Source of the DNA: Octopus vulgaris
Taxonomy: Eukaryota
NCBI GenBank assembly: GCA_951406725.2
Contig: OX597825.1
Span: 1,612,001-1,676,000 of the forward strand
Direction: 5' to 3'
Length of the DNA stretch: 64,000 nucleotides
Below the pieces are notes generated by a model. That model saw only the letters and a program-made list of their open reading frames with translations. It had not been told where the DNA came from and did no database searches. Shown one piece after another: positions 14,201-27,711 of the stretch; position 1 is the stretch's first letter; every line of letters starts with the position of its first letter. Both the position numbers and the translations under genes were made by a program.

Positions 14201-15236
14201 GAAAATGCCGACGGGAATAAGATGGCTTTTAAATTGATTTAGGAAATTTCAAAACAAACAGGGAGCTTGCGAAGCAAAAAAAAAAAAGGGCCCCAGAAGA
14301 ATATAAACGTCTGAATCGATGTTTCATGTCCCACGACGGCGGAATAGCTGCAAGAATGAATGAGAATTAGTTGTGCCAGGAGTAGGGAAAGGGATATTGG
14401 GTTTGTAGTATTCGAATATATATGTACTTACGCACTAACGTACCTACCTACCTACCTACCTACTCACATGCATTCACACACACACATATATTCATACATA
14501 TTTGCTTATATGTACCTTCATATGTTCATACACACACACTTGCCCTATATACATACATATATATATATAACATAGATAGTACAGAGTAAATATTTCGCAG
14601 AGAACCTTGAGAATTTGAGAATTATTCCATCATGCAAAACGAATTAACGAGAATGCTAAATAAAAATGAAACATATCAAGTGTAGTGCGATTAATTAGCT
14701 AAAACAGAGACACTCATAAACAAAGTCTAAGTACATAGAAATAAAACATCTAATGTTCGAAATTGGTTATATTTAAAATTTTTTTATTGAACACCATCGC
14801 TAATGCGTTTTGCATGATAGAATAATTTCCAGTTATCTCTGCAATTTATTAATTCACTTATGTATGATAATCGATTATCTGTCCCAAGATTGTTATAGAT
14901 TTCTCCAAGTTCGGGCCCTGTGGCTGTCGCTTATGTTTTGTAAACAATTTGTTTTGCACGCATTCGGTATTTCCGGCTTCTTTTGGCATAGAATCACCTA
15001 CCAATCCTGCTCATATTTAAAAGACGCCAGACAGCTTATTAACCCTTGATATGCCGTTGTTTAACCCTTTACAGTACGCTTCTGTGTAAAGGACTAGTAA
15101 AAACATGTCCAGAGACTGGTTTAAATGGCAGAAAATTTATTTCTTCCATGTAACAAAAATTTGTTGTTCGCCACGCTTCTCATGCATACGTACATACATA
15201 CATACATACATACATACATACATACATACATACATA

Positions 15237-15302
<66 letters not shown>

Positions 15303-15506
15303 GATATATGTATACAGAAGAAGAAATCAATCAGTTCACACGCACATAACAAATACGTGAAACAGTAAAAACATGTAAGACTTTTCTGAAGTTCAACATG
15401 TAACATTGTTTTTGTTATCTACATTGCAATGATGGCGCTTTGGGCCTTTGTTAGAAACGAGTTCCTTCTTTACTTGGAGACTTCCCAGAAGAGAAGAACA
15501 TACATA

Positions 15507-16739
15507 TGGGATCATTAAGAATGAAATGTTCGATTTTGAACTGGAAGTTTATTTTACTTTCTCTCAACAAAAGGCAATGCAGCTAATCAAAGTATGCACC
15601 TAAATTACAATTTCGCCATTTTATAGGTTGCTTATTCATGCCGACAGTGAGAGCAAAAGGTGATGAAATCACGAAAGGCTTTTGTTTTTCATCTTCTTCA
15701 GATTTGAAGCTTTTCTCCTTACAAAAAGTTGTCTAATGTCTGGAAAACGTGATAGTCAGTTGGTGCAAGGTCTGGTGAATATGGTGGATGACAGAGTGCT
15801 TCCAAGTTCAGTTCATGTAACTTGAGTAGTGTTCTTTGTGCAATATGTGGTCGAGCATTGTCTTGCAAGAGAATTGACCTGTTTCTATTGACCAATCTCG
15901 GTTGTTTGATTGCCCGTTCATTATTTCATCTAATTGGTTGATGTATACATCCGCTGTAGCTGACATACCAGGTCGCATGAAGCTATAGTTGATGACACCA
16001 GCGCTGGACCACCAAACAGACATCATTAGCTTTTTTTTTGGTGAATATTCTTATTTGGATTGTGTTTTGGCACTATCCAATCACCGTGCAGAACGCTTGC
16101 TATTACTGAAAAACATCCAGTTTTCATCATACGTAGCAATACGATGCAAAAATGGTTCTCTTTTATGCTGTGACAGCAAAGAACAGCAAGTTTCAAGATG
16201 ACGTGTCATTTGATGCTCGTTCAGTTCGTGTGGTATCCACTTGTCCAGCTTCTGATGGTCCAGTACAGTTGGAATCAAAACGTCACACATTGCTGCTAAC
16301 TCACGCGTAGTTTGAGATGTATCCGCTTCCACTACAGTTTCCAGCTCATCATTATCCATCTTGGTCTCAGGTCTACCATGGGGCTGATATTCAAGAGTAA
16401 AGTCACCAGACCTGAACTTCTCAAACTATCGACGTACAGTGCGCTCATTCGCCACATCTTCACCATACACCTCATTGATGTTTCGAGCTGTCTGGGATGC
16501 CTTGGTTCCACGACAGAACTTATATTCATAAGCAACACGAATTTATGATCTATCCATGGGTTCACAAACATTGATTTACAAGAGAAATACAATCAGACAC
16601 CATGAATTGCATTTCGAAAAATGATGATGTAACTCTTCATTGTTGTAAAACAAAGAATTGTCAGGATAAAACATTAGAGTTTAACGACTGTCAAACTTGG
16701 TGCAAAAGAACATCGGACATTTCATTCTTAATGACCTGA
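15507..16739 (-). mobile_element. Near full-length mariner (DD34D) transposon, inactive
   Basis: 28-bp TIRs (15507-15534 / 16712-16739, 24/28 identical) flanked by TA; total length 1233 bp. Confidence 0.92.
15610..16560 (-). pseudogene. Mariner transposase pseudogene (Mos1/SETMAR-type)
   Basis: Motifs WIPHEL, FLHRIATYDENW, MMSVWWSSAGVI, LQDNARPH and HPPYSPDLAPTDYHVF, split by frameshifts and stops. Confidence 0.93.
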
Positions 16740-16740
16740 T

Positions 16741-17016
16741 ATACATACACACACATAAATACATACATACATACATACATACATACATACATACATACAT
16801 ACATACATACATAAATACATACATACATACATACATACATGCATGCATGCATACATACATTCATACATACATACATACATACATACATACATACATACAT
16901 ACATGCATGCATGCATGCATACATGCATACATACATTCATACATACATACATACATACATACATACATACATACATACATACATACATACATACATACAT
17001 ACATTCGTGCATGCAT
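16741..17016. repeat. (TACA)n/(TGCA)n compound microsatellite
   Basis: Direct reading. Confidence 0.95.
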
Positions 17017-17919
17017 GTAAGTTACTTCTTTGAAATGAATTTAGGTCTTTCCTATGCGGAATCCAAGCGAATCACTAAGTAGCAAGGCATTATTGTTTAA
17101 GTCAAGACAGAGCTTTTGTCCTTTGGGATGTTATGTGCATATATAGCCTGGGTAATTTGCATAAGTTAATTAAAAATGAGCTGGGATATATAACTCAAAG
17201 TAGCCCCTACATGAACAACATAGACAAATGCCATGCGACGTAAGTTCTTGGTGTGTCAAAATTATGTCACAATTACCAATGGCAACTGAAAATAGTTCAA
17301 TGTGGGAAGGGAAGATGATATCACGATTCAGTTATTCTCCACAGTCGACATAGCATTCAAGGAAAAGTCAGGCTTATTGTCTGGGGTACGCCAATTGATG
17401 CAGAAATACCTACCCACGACCGTCTTGTTATATCCATACCTGTATTCCCCATTCTCTCTCTCTGCCTGTCTGTCTTCCCCCTCTCTCTCTCTCTATATAT
17501 ATATACGAGCGCGCGTACACACACACACGTGTGTGTATATGTATGTGTGCGTGCGTGCGCATGTGTGTAAGTGTACGCATGAACATGTTTATATGTGTAC
17601 TTAGCATGTGTGTAGGTAAATTGCAAATATACTAAGTTATGTTTTTTTAAATCTTTCACCGATAAGTTCTGAAGGGATGGTCGTGTGATTTAACCACATT
17701 GTGTCTAAATGTATCTTTATGAAGTAGTCGAGAGGTATTTTATTTCTATGCAGAACGGATGAAGTAGATACGTCCAATGCGCAAGCAAATAACCAAGCGA
17801 AAACAAGCGGAGTTATTCTCTCGATCATTCTGCCCAGAGACTCATGTACTTTGCTCAGCCAGACTAAATATCCATTACATGTATGCATGGAAACTTATGC
17901 ACTGCATATATTCTTATAT

Positions 17920-17967
<48 letters not shown>

Positions 17968-18046
17968 CTCTGAACGCGTACATACATATCTATGTATATA
18001 TGAATACATATGTATACATACACACAATACTTACAGACATACATAC

Positions 18047-18108
<62 letters not shown>

Positions 18109-18371
18109 ATATGTATGTATGTATGTTTGTATGTATGTATGTCTGTATGTATGTGTGTATGTATGTATGTTTGTATGTATGTACCATACATATATATGTG
18201 TATTGATGATATCCACATTTGTTACAGGCGATTAAACAATTATTTCGAAATATATATATAAAAAAAAAGCTGATTTGGTTTTTTTCCGCATCAGTACACG
18301 CTGTTAATAGGCTAGCAATAATTAGTGAACATTCTCTATTACATACTTATGTACTTAAGTACATATGTCCA

Positions 18372-18466
18372 TAAATAATAGCAACACCAACAACAAAAAC
18401 AACAACAACAACAACAACAGCAACACCAATAACAACAATAACAACAACAACAACAACAACAACAAC

Positions 18467-18527
<61 letters not shown>
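18372..18527. repeat. (CAA)n grading into (TAA)n
   Basis: Direct reading; source of the poly-N and poly-Y/C ORFs. Confidence 0.95.
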
Positions 18528-18867
18528 TTTCTCTCTTCCCGAAAACATTAGTATATTACCTATGTAGTTACATACGTATTTAAACTAACCTTTTTTACAT
18601 TAATGAGATATATATTTACATATATCAACATACACTAAGTGGTGAAGGTATGAACGTGTGGTTCAACAAAAAAATTCACATCGCAACCACGTGAGTTTAC
18701 GTTTGTTTGCAGCGGGAGATATCATGGAGAATTGTCGTTAGCCACAGCTGGAGGTTAATCACTACTTGCCGGGAATGCAATTTGGTAAAAACTGTGTGGA
18801 ATCCTGGTGTATATATGTGTATGTATGTATGTATGTATGTATGTATGTATGTATGTATGTATATTCT

Positions 18868-19185
18868 GGGACCCCGTTGAATACGATGACTAGGACTCCA
18901 GTTGACCGGATCAACGGAACAGCCTGCTCTTGAAATCAGTGTGCAATTGACTGGGCACTCCACAAACACGCGTACCCTTAATGTGTAGTTCTCAGAGAGA
19001 TTCAGCGCGAAACAGAATGTGACGAGGCTGGCCGCTTGAAACATATGCTCTGCTCCTTTTCTTTTCCAGCTGAGTGGACTGGAACAACATGAAATATAAT
19101 GTTTTTGCTCAAAGACACAAAGTGCCGCTGGGATTGAAACCTACGATCATGCGCAAAGTACACCAACCACTGAGCCACGCTCCTT
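18868..19185 (-). mobile_element. SINE family B copy with 3' body
   Basis: ttccagctgagtggactggaacaacatgaaat...gctcaaagacacaa...accactgagccacgc is the reverse complement of the 2648 head. Confidence 0.75.
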
Positions 19186-19222
19186 AACTTTGCAATGTAA
19201 CTACACGTGGGCTGTTGGCGAT

Positions 19223-19297
19223 TTCTTCTTCTTCTTCTTCTTCTTCTTCTTCTTCTTCTTCTTCTTCTTCTTCTTCTTCTTCTTCTTCTTCTTCTTC
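19223..19297. repeat. (TTC)n microsatellite
   Basis: Direct reading. Confidence 0.95.
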
Positions 19298-19364
19298 TCC
19301 CGCTCCTCCTCCCCCTCCTCTCCCCTCCTCCTCTTCCTCCTTCTTCTTACTATCCCCTTTCTCC

Positions 19365-19397
19365 TTTCCGACGAAGAGCTATATTCGAAACGTTAAA
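19365..19397 (+). ncRNA. Minimal type-I hammerhead ribozyme-like motif, degenerate
   Basis: UUU-CCGACGA-A-GAG(CUAUA)UUC-GAAA-CGU-U-AAA: stem I UUU/AAA, core with U4C, palindromic ACGU stem III, cleavage triplet GUU. Confidence 0.55.
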
Positions 19398-19662
19398 CTT
19401 CCTCTTTTCACTGAGGGTCAAACTTTTGAACGTCCTCACGTTCGTTGTTTTCCTTTTTTTGTTTCTTAATCGTTTATTTGAATTGCTTTGTTTATTTGAA
19501 TTGATTATTTTGAAGGAAATAGATGGTGGAGGTACGGGGAGTTTGGAGGATGATGTTGGTAGCAGTAAGGTGGAGGGCGGAAGATGGGACGTGGTCATGA
19601 GCATTGCAACTACACGTGTGCCGTCGGCGATTTTCTCTTTCATTAGACTTTTCTCTTTCTCC

Positions 19663-19696
19663 TTTCCGAGGAAGAGGCTATACTCGAAACGTCAAA
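19663..19696 (+). ncRNA. Minimal type-I hammerhead ribozyme-like motif
   Basis: UUU-CCGAGGA-A-GAG(GCUAUA)CUC-GAAA-CGU-C-AAA: GUC cleavage triplet (predicted cut after 19693) and palindromic ACGU stem III. Confidence 0.65.
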
Positions 19697-19799
19697 CACT
19701 CTCCCCTCACCGAGCGTCAAGCTAATGCACTTCACGTGACCGTCACCACGCTCATTGTTTCACTTTTCAGATCGAGTAGCTCATTCCGCTGAAAAGGTC

Positions 19800-20101
19800 T
19801 CTGAATAAGGGTTGTTTAAAGATTTTGAATTAAACACCCACTGTTTCCAAGGGTGAATTATTCAACCCCCACGGAATTCCCCTCAACACATGGCTATGAT
19901 GCTCCTCACTACACCTGCTCGTCAGCCACAAAGGACATGCTCAACTGGTTATGGTCGAACAACTGACAAGAAAATCTGTTGTACTGAGCAGAATATTACG
20001 GTAGTCCATCTTTTATACCAAGACAAAATGTACATGATAACACTTCCAATCAGTTAAGATCAGAAACCATATGAGCCAGCGCCTGGCATTGCATCAAGGC
20101 A

Positions 20102-20165
<64 letters not shown>
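19800..20165 (+). mobile_element. Probable retroelement 3' end with (TTA)n tail
   Basis: A moderate-GC block ends abruptly in (TTA)n at 20103-20165. Family not identified. Confidence 0.35.
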
Positions 20166-21249
20166 TTTGTTGTTGTTTTTATTGTTGTTGTTGTTGTTAG
20201 TAATTATTAGCGCCAGGTATTTTGACTTCCCTATCTCATATTCTTTGCAATAATATGACTAGGTTAGAATCAGTGACTTAATCTCAGCGTGGAGATTACA
20301 CCTATACACATTTGATAATATAAATCGTAACATACTCTGTGTGAAGAAAAACAGACGAAATGATCACAGCTGGAATGACTTTAATTGTTTGTCAACTCAA
20401 TCATGGTCGACCTGGTTAAACAACTAAATTTGCGTTTATTCTCTACATTTACCATTTACTACACTCGAATACTTAACGAATTGCCCTACCACAGAGTAGA
20501 AATTTCATACAAATTAGAATATTACATAATAAGAAATCCAGTATCAGTAAATCTCCTTTTCATGGCAAATGTATATCTAAAGTAAATCATGAGCAAAAGC
20601 AACGAGAAGGGTACAAACTCAATGCATTACGTTATAAAGAAAAGGGGAAAATACCAAAAGGTCTCTTTTCAAATCAGACAAAAGGAAAGAAAACAAACTT
20701 TAAGAAGTAGATATAGTGTGGAATTACTGGAAAAGAATCATACCAAATATAAATGATAGGAAACATACAGATTTAGTGAAGTTTGTAGAAAAGATAGGGC
20801 AAAAGTTTGGACTGATGTCGGAGATGCACAGAAAGAATTAAAGGTTGGGAAAGTATGTATGTGTGACCATAGAATTACAGATGTTGTGCACGAGTATGTA
20901 TATGGGTGTAAAATAGTGGGTAAGTTTGATGCGAATGTGTAATAATAATATGATAGAACGGTATGGTGTTGTTATATAAAAGAGTCTTAATTGTTAAGGA
21001 GAAAAAAACTAATCAGGACTGGATGACATTGATATTATAGGATGCTGTCATAATAGTGAAGTAAAGGAATATTTTGGACGAATACAGCGTAATAGTGCGT
21101 GTGGTGTGAATAGCCATAGGGTACAAAAGTGCGTGAAAAGAATAAACAAAGCATCTCAAATTATGTGGATATGAAGTGAAGTGGTGGAAGAGATACTGGC
21201 ATGGGGTATGTGTGCAACCTTTTACCTGCATAATTGAATATGGAGATGG

Positions 21250-21880
21250 AGGAATGCAATAGATACTAGACGGGATGATTGTTTTTATTTTAGCAAAAAG
21301 TCAGCTACTATTCACAACGAAACCGAGAACGGGAGTACAATGTGAATGCACCAGGCAGCAGACGACGAAATACTGGCGAGAATGGCCTGGATATTAGAAT
21401 TGGCGGCAAGAAATCTGTGTAATCCGTGCTATTCCGTCCGAAATCCAATAACAGCTCCCTAAAACAATCGGCTAACCTCTGATCGATTTTTCCAATGTTG
21501 AAATAAACTACAGAGGTGGCATTCATGGTTGTACACAGGAACAACAATTTAGAGCCCTGTAGGAGGTTATGTTCTGGATAAAGGGGAAACGTGTTGCAAC
21601 GGTTGCGGAGGGCGTCAGAATGATTTATGTTGAGTATGGCTAATGGTGCTAAAGGAGTTCAGAAAAATAAAATGTTGCACGGTTTTAGGCCGCGTGTGAA
21701 AGGACAGAGCGTTCCGGAGACATAGATGGAAACAGAGTTGGATTGGAGGTGAGTTATAATAGCAAACTGAACACATGTAGCGTTTGAAAGGACACAAAGG
21801 TAAAACGTAGAGAAAACATAGATGACAACAGAGTTGGATTGGAGGTGAGTGATAATAGCAAACTGAAAACGTAGAATGTC
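21250..21880 (-). pseudogene. Penelope-like element fragment (RT-EN linker and GIY-YIG endonuclease)
   Basis: Minus-strand motifs in the expected order: HLQSNSVSIY..CPFTR, RNRCNT(.)PFIQNIT, and VVYFNIGKIDQRLADCFRELL (compare YIGETGRRLADRFREHL). The linker segment is tandemly duplicated (~96 bp, 21720-21875). Confidence 0.7.
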
Positions 21881-22744
21881 TTAATAAACCAATAAACAGA
21901 CAGACACACTTACACACATCCTTAGAACCTACTTACAGAAATAGATATTAGAACAGATAGGTAGTAATCAGACATTGTGCATGCGTGTTTGTGTGTGTAT
22001 GTGCATGTGTATACATGTTTGTATATATGTAGGTGCTTTATATATAGCAGATATTTAGATGTGCGTTTTCAACTTATACGTTGGAACGTACAATGAATTG
22101 CTGAGAGAGTTATGAGGGCGAGTTTTCAGATTATATTTTTGAATGCGGACAATTTCCTCTTCACACAAATACTACAATAGAATCAAACGCAGAAGCTCAT
22201 AACTTATACCTTACATAACACGCTTCGGAAATTTGGATTTTCTTTGATCTGGCATAAAGCCAAATGTATATGGGTGGGGTAAAAATCTACTTGATCTACC
22301 CGATTACATATTCAAGAATATTGTTATATGACAAGAAATTTAGCCAGCATTTTACTTATTGTCTTGTCTCATATTTTACGCTACACACATAGATTACTAA
22401 ATCATGCGAACTGAAAAAAGTGCCTAAGTAAAGGGCATACACTTTTATGTAATTTGTTATTTCTGTTTGAATATATATATATATATATTACATTTATTTA
22501 TTGAAGAACTGACTAGAAGCTTTCGATTATTTGTCTGTTCAATGAGAACTAACATGAGGCTAAACAGCAATAAAATATACAACGCTTGCTTCCCGTTTCA
22601 TTTTGTTGTAGTTATTCAGCCATAAGTCAATACCCGTGGCTAAATACAAGGTGCAAGGGGTATTTGAAGATACTTTATTATCAGTATATTACTCTCTTCA
22701 AACCAATTAGAATATGTTTTAATTCTTTCAGATAACCTGTGGTA

Positions 22745-23205
22745 GATAGAAAAAAATGAGAAGACGTATTGTTATTGATGCCATATGTGTGGAACACAAC
22801 GAATTAGAAATTGCCAACTTTCTAAATGTTGCAAGGCATTTCTTACATAAAGTTCGAATGGAACTGGAAGCTTGTGGCAAGAATGTATCAAAGAGAAATA
22901 AACACTTTAAACTTTCAGGTAATATAAGGACGGCATCTTCTCCCAAAGTACACGTAACCCAAGAATGGCTGTCAGACAATCTTGTGGCCTTCAAACTCAC
23001 CAGATTTAAATCTCATGGACTTGTAGCTTGATGCGTTTTGGAAAGGGAACTAATCCCCACAATACAATAGCTTCACCGAAAGCCTGTTGCCCCGGTGATG
23101 TTCGAAATAAATAAGGGCCACTTAGAAGAGCAGGTGTGTCAATAAATCCAGTCCCGCAACGAAAGTCACCGAAGCTGAAGGGGATCCACAGAATAATTTT
23201 ATAAG
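22745..23205 (+). pseudogene. Internally deleted Tc1/mariner transposase, maT/DD37D-like
   Basis: N-terminus RRIVIDAICVEHNELEIANFLNVARHFLHKVRMELEA joined to TQEWLSDNL, then (frameshift) WPSNSPDLNLMD, TNPHNTIAS and VTEAEG. Confidence 0.75.
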
Positions 23206-23224
23206 AATACTAATCGCGAATAGG

Positions 23225-23350
23225 TTTGGGTTCAGGTTGCGTTTGTAGGGACAGGGCATTCCCAGAACATAGATGGAAACAGGGTTGGACTGGAGTTGAC
23301 TGATAACATGTAGCAAATTGAAAACATGTAGCGTTTGAAAGGACATATAA
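23225..23350 (-). pseudogene. Second copy of the Penelope-like linker fragment
   Basis: acatagatggaaacagggttggactggag...atgtagcgtttgaaaggaca matches 21720-21795; translates QLQSNPVSIYVLGMPCPYKRNL. Confidence 0.6.
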
Positions 23351-24287
23351 ATGAAACATAAAGGAAACATTTGGTGTTTGCTAGATTGGAATGATTTGTT
23401 TTTTATTAAATTCCCAAATATGTCCCCAAATACCCCTTGCATCCTGGAACAGCAATCATCAAACTTTCACCTGAACAGAGTTCAACTGAGGTCGTTATTT
23501 AAACAAGTGCTACAACAACAAAATGAATTCAGTCGTAAAACGTCACAGGAAAAAAATGTCAACGGAAAACTTCAATAAATGTTCGATTGAATGTTTTCTT
23601 TGTTCGCTTCTTTATTTAGGATATTAAATAAAACGTGATTTATTTTTCACATGTGTCTCGCGCGATTACATAAGTCGTAGCATTATTCTCTACAAATCTT
23701 GTATTGTCAGTTAATAAGTGCCTTAAAATATTATTTATGATATTTAAATAAAACGTGACATTTTTCTTGTGAATTTTTTTCTTGGCTCGTCAAAGTTGTA
23801 ACTTTCCTTCTGTGACCTTCTTCCTGTGGTTTGTTTTTTCCGTCCTTGAAAAGAGTGCACCACTACAGCTCTGCCACCACAAAATAAACCAACGTGGAGA
23901 CCACTACATGATTTCTTTTTACCAAAATTTTGGGATCGAACCCAAAATGAAACTTTCCTCTTTCACATTAGACCTTGGAGTCTTAAAAATAAAAAGAGAA
24001 AAGAGAAAAGAATGAATGGGAGAATATATTTAATAATTTAGTGGTCCATATACAATGCCCGAAGAAAGGAGACAGGCCAGTCACGGCTAAAACTGCATTA
24101 AAAATATCATAGAGTTACTCTGGATGTTAAGAAGTAACATCAACTCTATTTAACCAAAGAATTTATAAATTCATTGGCCAAAGTTTCTCGATAGCTTATT
24201 CTTATAATGGTTTTCTTTATCCATTATTTGTTTCGTATGCTACACATACGCGTGCGTGCATGCACACACACATACATACGTGTATAT

Positions 24288-24690
24288 TTTATCTTTTACT
24301 TGTTTCACTCATTGGATTTAGGCCATACTGGAGCAGAGCCTTCAATTGTTTAATTGTACAAATACTTCTATACTTATTTTTACATTTTTTGTTGTCTTTC
24401 TCCCGAAGCGGGAGCACAAAGGCGCACATACACACACACACACACACTCGCCGGGATTGTTTTAGCTTCCGTCTATCAAGTCCACTCATAAGCTTCGGTC
24501 GGTCCGGGACTATAGCTGAAGACATCTGCCCAAAGTCAACTGGCATTGGTTAGTTTCGTCCCCGTAACTTCGCTGTTCGGCAAATGAGACCAACAGAATA
24601 AGTATACTGTGGCCAGTTTGTTCGACTAAGAACCCTTAAAGCAGTGTTATGGTCAGGCCACTGCGCAATGACTGAAAGAAATAACCGCTA
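24288..24690. mobile_element. Two SINE family C fragments in opposite orientation (24288-24535 minus, 24550-24690 plus)
   Basis: Similarity to parts of the 50108-50550 copy. Confidence 0.65.
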
Positions 24691-25296
24691 AAAGAAGATC
24701 AGGCTCAGTGTGTATATTTGTATAAAAGCAAGTTGTAGTTCAGCTCATGGCAAACCCCGATTCATTAGGCGAAATACATTGCAGAGGTAAACTATGTTCT
24801 TATTTTGTATGTCTTGTTCAATATTTGTTTCCTTCTTTTTCAAGAAAGTGGAAAGTGATTTAATGGTAGACTTGCGAAATATTCTTGCCAAGTCGAGTGG
24901 TTGCTAAGAAATAGACTGAACTGTGTGTATATACTTGTGTGTGTGTGCGCGTGCGTATTTGAGCGTGTATGCGTGTGTGTGCGTATTTGTGCGTGTGTCT
25001 TTAATTACATTATGTCTTGTTGGTCTGTTCTTATAATTTTGTTCCCATCTATGCTGCATAAGAAGAATATAAATCGACCATAATATTTGCCTGGTACTTT
25101 ATTTTATCGACCTCTGGAAGGATGAACGACAAATTTGACCTTGAAACGATGTGAACTAAGAACGCACTTTGGCAAACCACTGTTGATTTTTCAAATCATC
25201 ATTATGGCAATTCTCATAATGCAAATATAATCAGTATATACGATCGGAAAATATTGTCTTATTTTCCAATATATCAATAGGCCTCGTACAAGATTC

Positions 25297-25410
<114 letters not shown>

Positions 25411-26072
25411 AGTACATTTAACTCGATATTTTATTAACGGAAATTTTTCTTTAAGTGAATAGCGCAAGACGTAATATATGGCTGAAAAAATACGATCGAA
25501 TATCTTTCATAAGGAAGTGCTTGGGGCAGTGAACGGCCAATTAAGTCGGACAAATAGGATTTGAAGGATAATTAAATAACGCGACAATAACTTTACAGCA
25601 TAAAAATGATTGACAATTAAAAACTTTTCATAATTAAACATTGACTGAAAGAACAATGTAATGTCTTCATTGATTTTTACACCGCTTCTTCAATTAAGTT
25701 ACAAGTTTTGCTTTATTATATTTTGTTTATTTATATTATTTTTGTTGTTGTCTATTAGTTATTTATGTTTTAATGTACAGCTTTGATTTATTTATTTTAA
25801 TAATGTCGTTGTTTTTTCCGGCTAACAATAACCAAAATCACCATGGTTAATGAAATGTCACCATAAAATATATAAATGTCTTCCGTTTCAATTGTGTATG
25901 GCGATTCTTTTACTATTTTCAGTCATTAACCAACGACTGCGGCCATGCTGGGATACCGTTGATATATCTTTAGTTCTTTTACTCTTTTATTCATTTCAGT
26001 CATTTGGCTGAGGTTGCAGCCATGCTGGGTACCGTCGATTTATCATCGGTTTCTTGTTATTTTATTGACTAT

Positions 26073-26960
26073 TGCGGCGAGTCGGCAGAATCGTCGGCAC
26101 GCTGGGGAAAAAGCTTCAACGGCATTTTGTTGGTTCTTACGTTCTCAGTTCAAATTTCACTGAAGTCTAATTTTACTTTTTATCCTTTCGGGGTCGATCA
26201 AATAAGTACCAGTTGAGCACCGGAGTTGAGAAAATCAGATTTTCTTTCCCGCGAAATACGTGGCCTTGTGCCTAAATTTGAAACTATTGTTATTCTTTGA
26301 TAAAGCGACAAAGTAGCAGAATCGAAAGAGCGTCGGAAAAAATGCTCTGTGGTATTTATATTCAGAGTTCAAATTCCGCCGAGATCAACTTTGCTCTTCA
26401 TTCTTTCGAATTCGATAAAATATAGTACCAGTCATGTTACTCGGTAGATGTACTCAACTCGACCCCTCCCCTCAAAGGAGGAAAGAATTATTTTACTGAC
26501 TAAGGTTGCGAGGTGGCAGAATCATTAGAGTATCGGAAAAAATGGCTAACAGTTATTTCTTTCAACTCGTCACATTTTGAGTTCGAATTCTGCCGGTCTC
26601 AATGTGCCTTTCATCCCTCCAGGGTCGACAAAATGAGTACCAGTTAGATACTGGAGTCAATGCTATATACCAACCCCTTCCAAGCTGTTAACCTTGTGTG
26701 TCAAAAGTTGAAACCCTCATTATTTTACTGATTGGAAGGGTGAGGCTGAATGGCAATAATTGGGTTGCAGCATCGGAAAAATCTTTTGTAGAATTTACTC
26801 CGGCTCTTCAGATTCTGATTTCGAATCCCACCGATGTCAGACTTTCCTTTCATGCTTATAGAATCGATAAATTAAAGTACCTGTTACATATTGGTGACTG
26901 ATTCTTTCGACTATTCCCTCCCCCTAAAAATTACTGGCTTTGAGGTTAAATCTGGAATGA
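26073..26960 (+). mobile_element. Head-to-tail array of four SINE family A copies
   Basis: Heads near 26073, 26303, 26503 and 26737; each has a gttcaaatt/gttcgaat-type B box and a tcgataaa(a)t..gtacc-type core. Confidence 0.85.
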
Positions 26961-27549
26961 TCATTATTTTCCTGATTTTTTAAAATCCTTATACTCTGAC
27001 ATGGTAGAGTGCGAATTGCGAGATATTGGGTTGCTGACTACGTAGAAGATTCTCTTTTCCCCACAGAGATCAACTGATGCAATTACATAATCACGGATGC
27101 TTCCTACACTCAACCAACGGTTTTTAATGTGTATCTAAACATGACTTTGTAATTACAACATCGGAATAAGAAAATAAACTTTGTATAAGTTATTGTAAGG
27201 GCAGATAAACTTAAAATGAATTTTCAAATGACGAATAGATTTTCAAAAAGTATCACGTATTTCCAAAGTACTTATACATTAACGTTATTTCATTTTCAGT
27301 TTAGTTGCTCCTTTAAGACGAATAAAAAAAATCGAAGTATCCTTTTTTTGTTTTTCTTTTTCTTCTGAACAAATATGTTTTCTATCTTGGTTCCATTTAC
27401 CGTGATTGCCGCAAGGTAATATCATTAATATGGTCACATCAGCTATTCCAGTAAAAACGAACACGTACGTCAAATTCGTACATGACTGCTGTCTCACTCC
27501 CCGTCTCCCTCACCACCTCAGAATCTACCTACCTACCTATCGCACTCTT

Positions 27550-27615
<66 letters not shown>

Positions 27616-27711
27616 GCACTCTTTCTGTCTATTTATCTGCATGCATATATGTATGAGTATATATATTATGCCTGCATGTATATCAATTATATCGTTTTTT
27701 TCTCTTTATCT

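Noticed and set aside
19350-19643. Ser/Pro- and Lys-rich 97-aa minus-strand ORF
   Set aside because: It is the antisense of the pyrimidine-rich hammerhead repeat unit, with no recognisable domain.
26073-26960. Regularly spaced repeats reminiscent of a CRISPR array
   Set aside because: Units are diverged ~220-bp SINE copies with no unique spacers and no cas genes, in a eukaryotic context.
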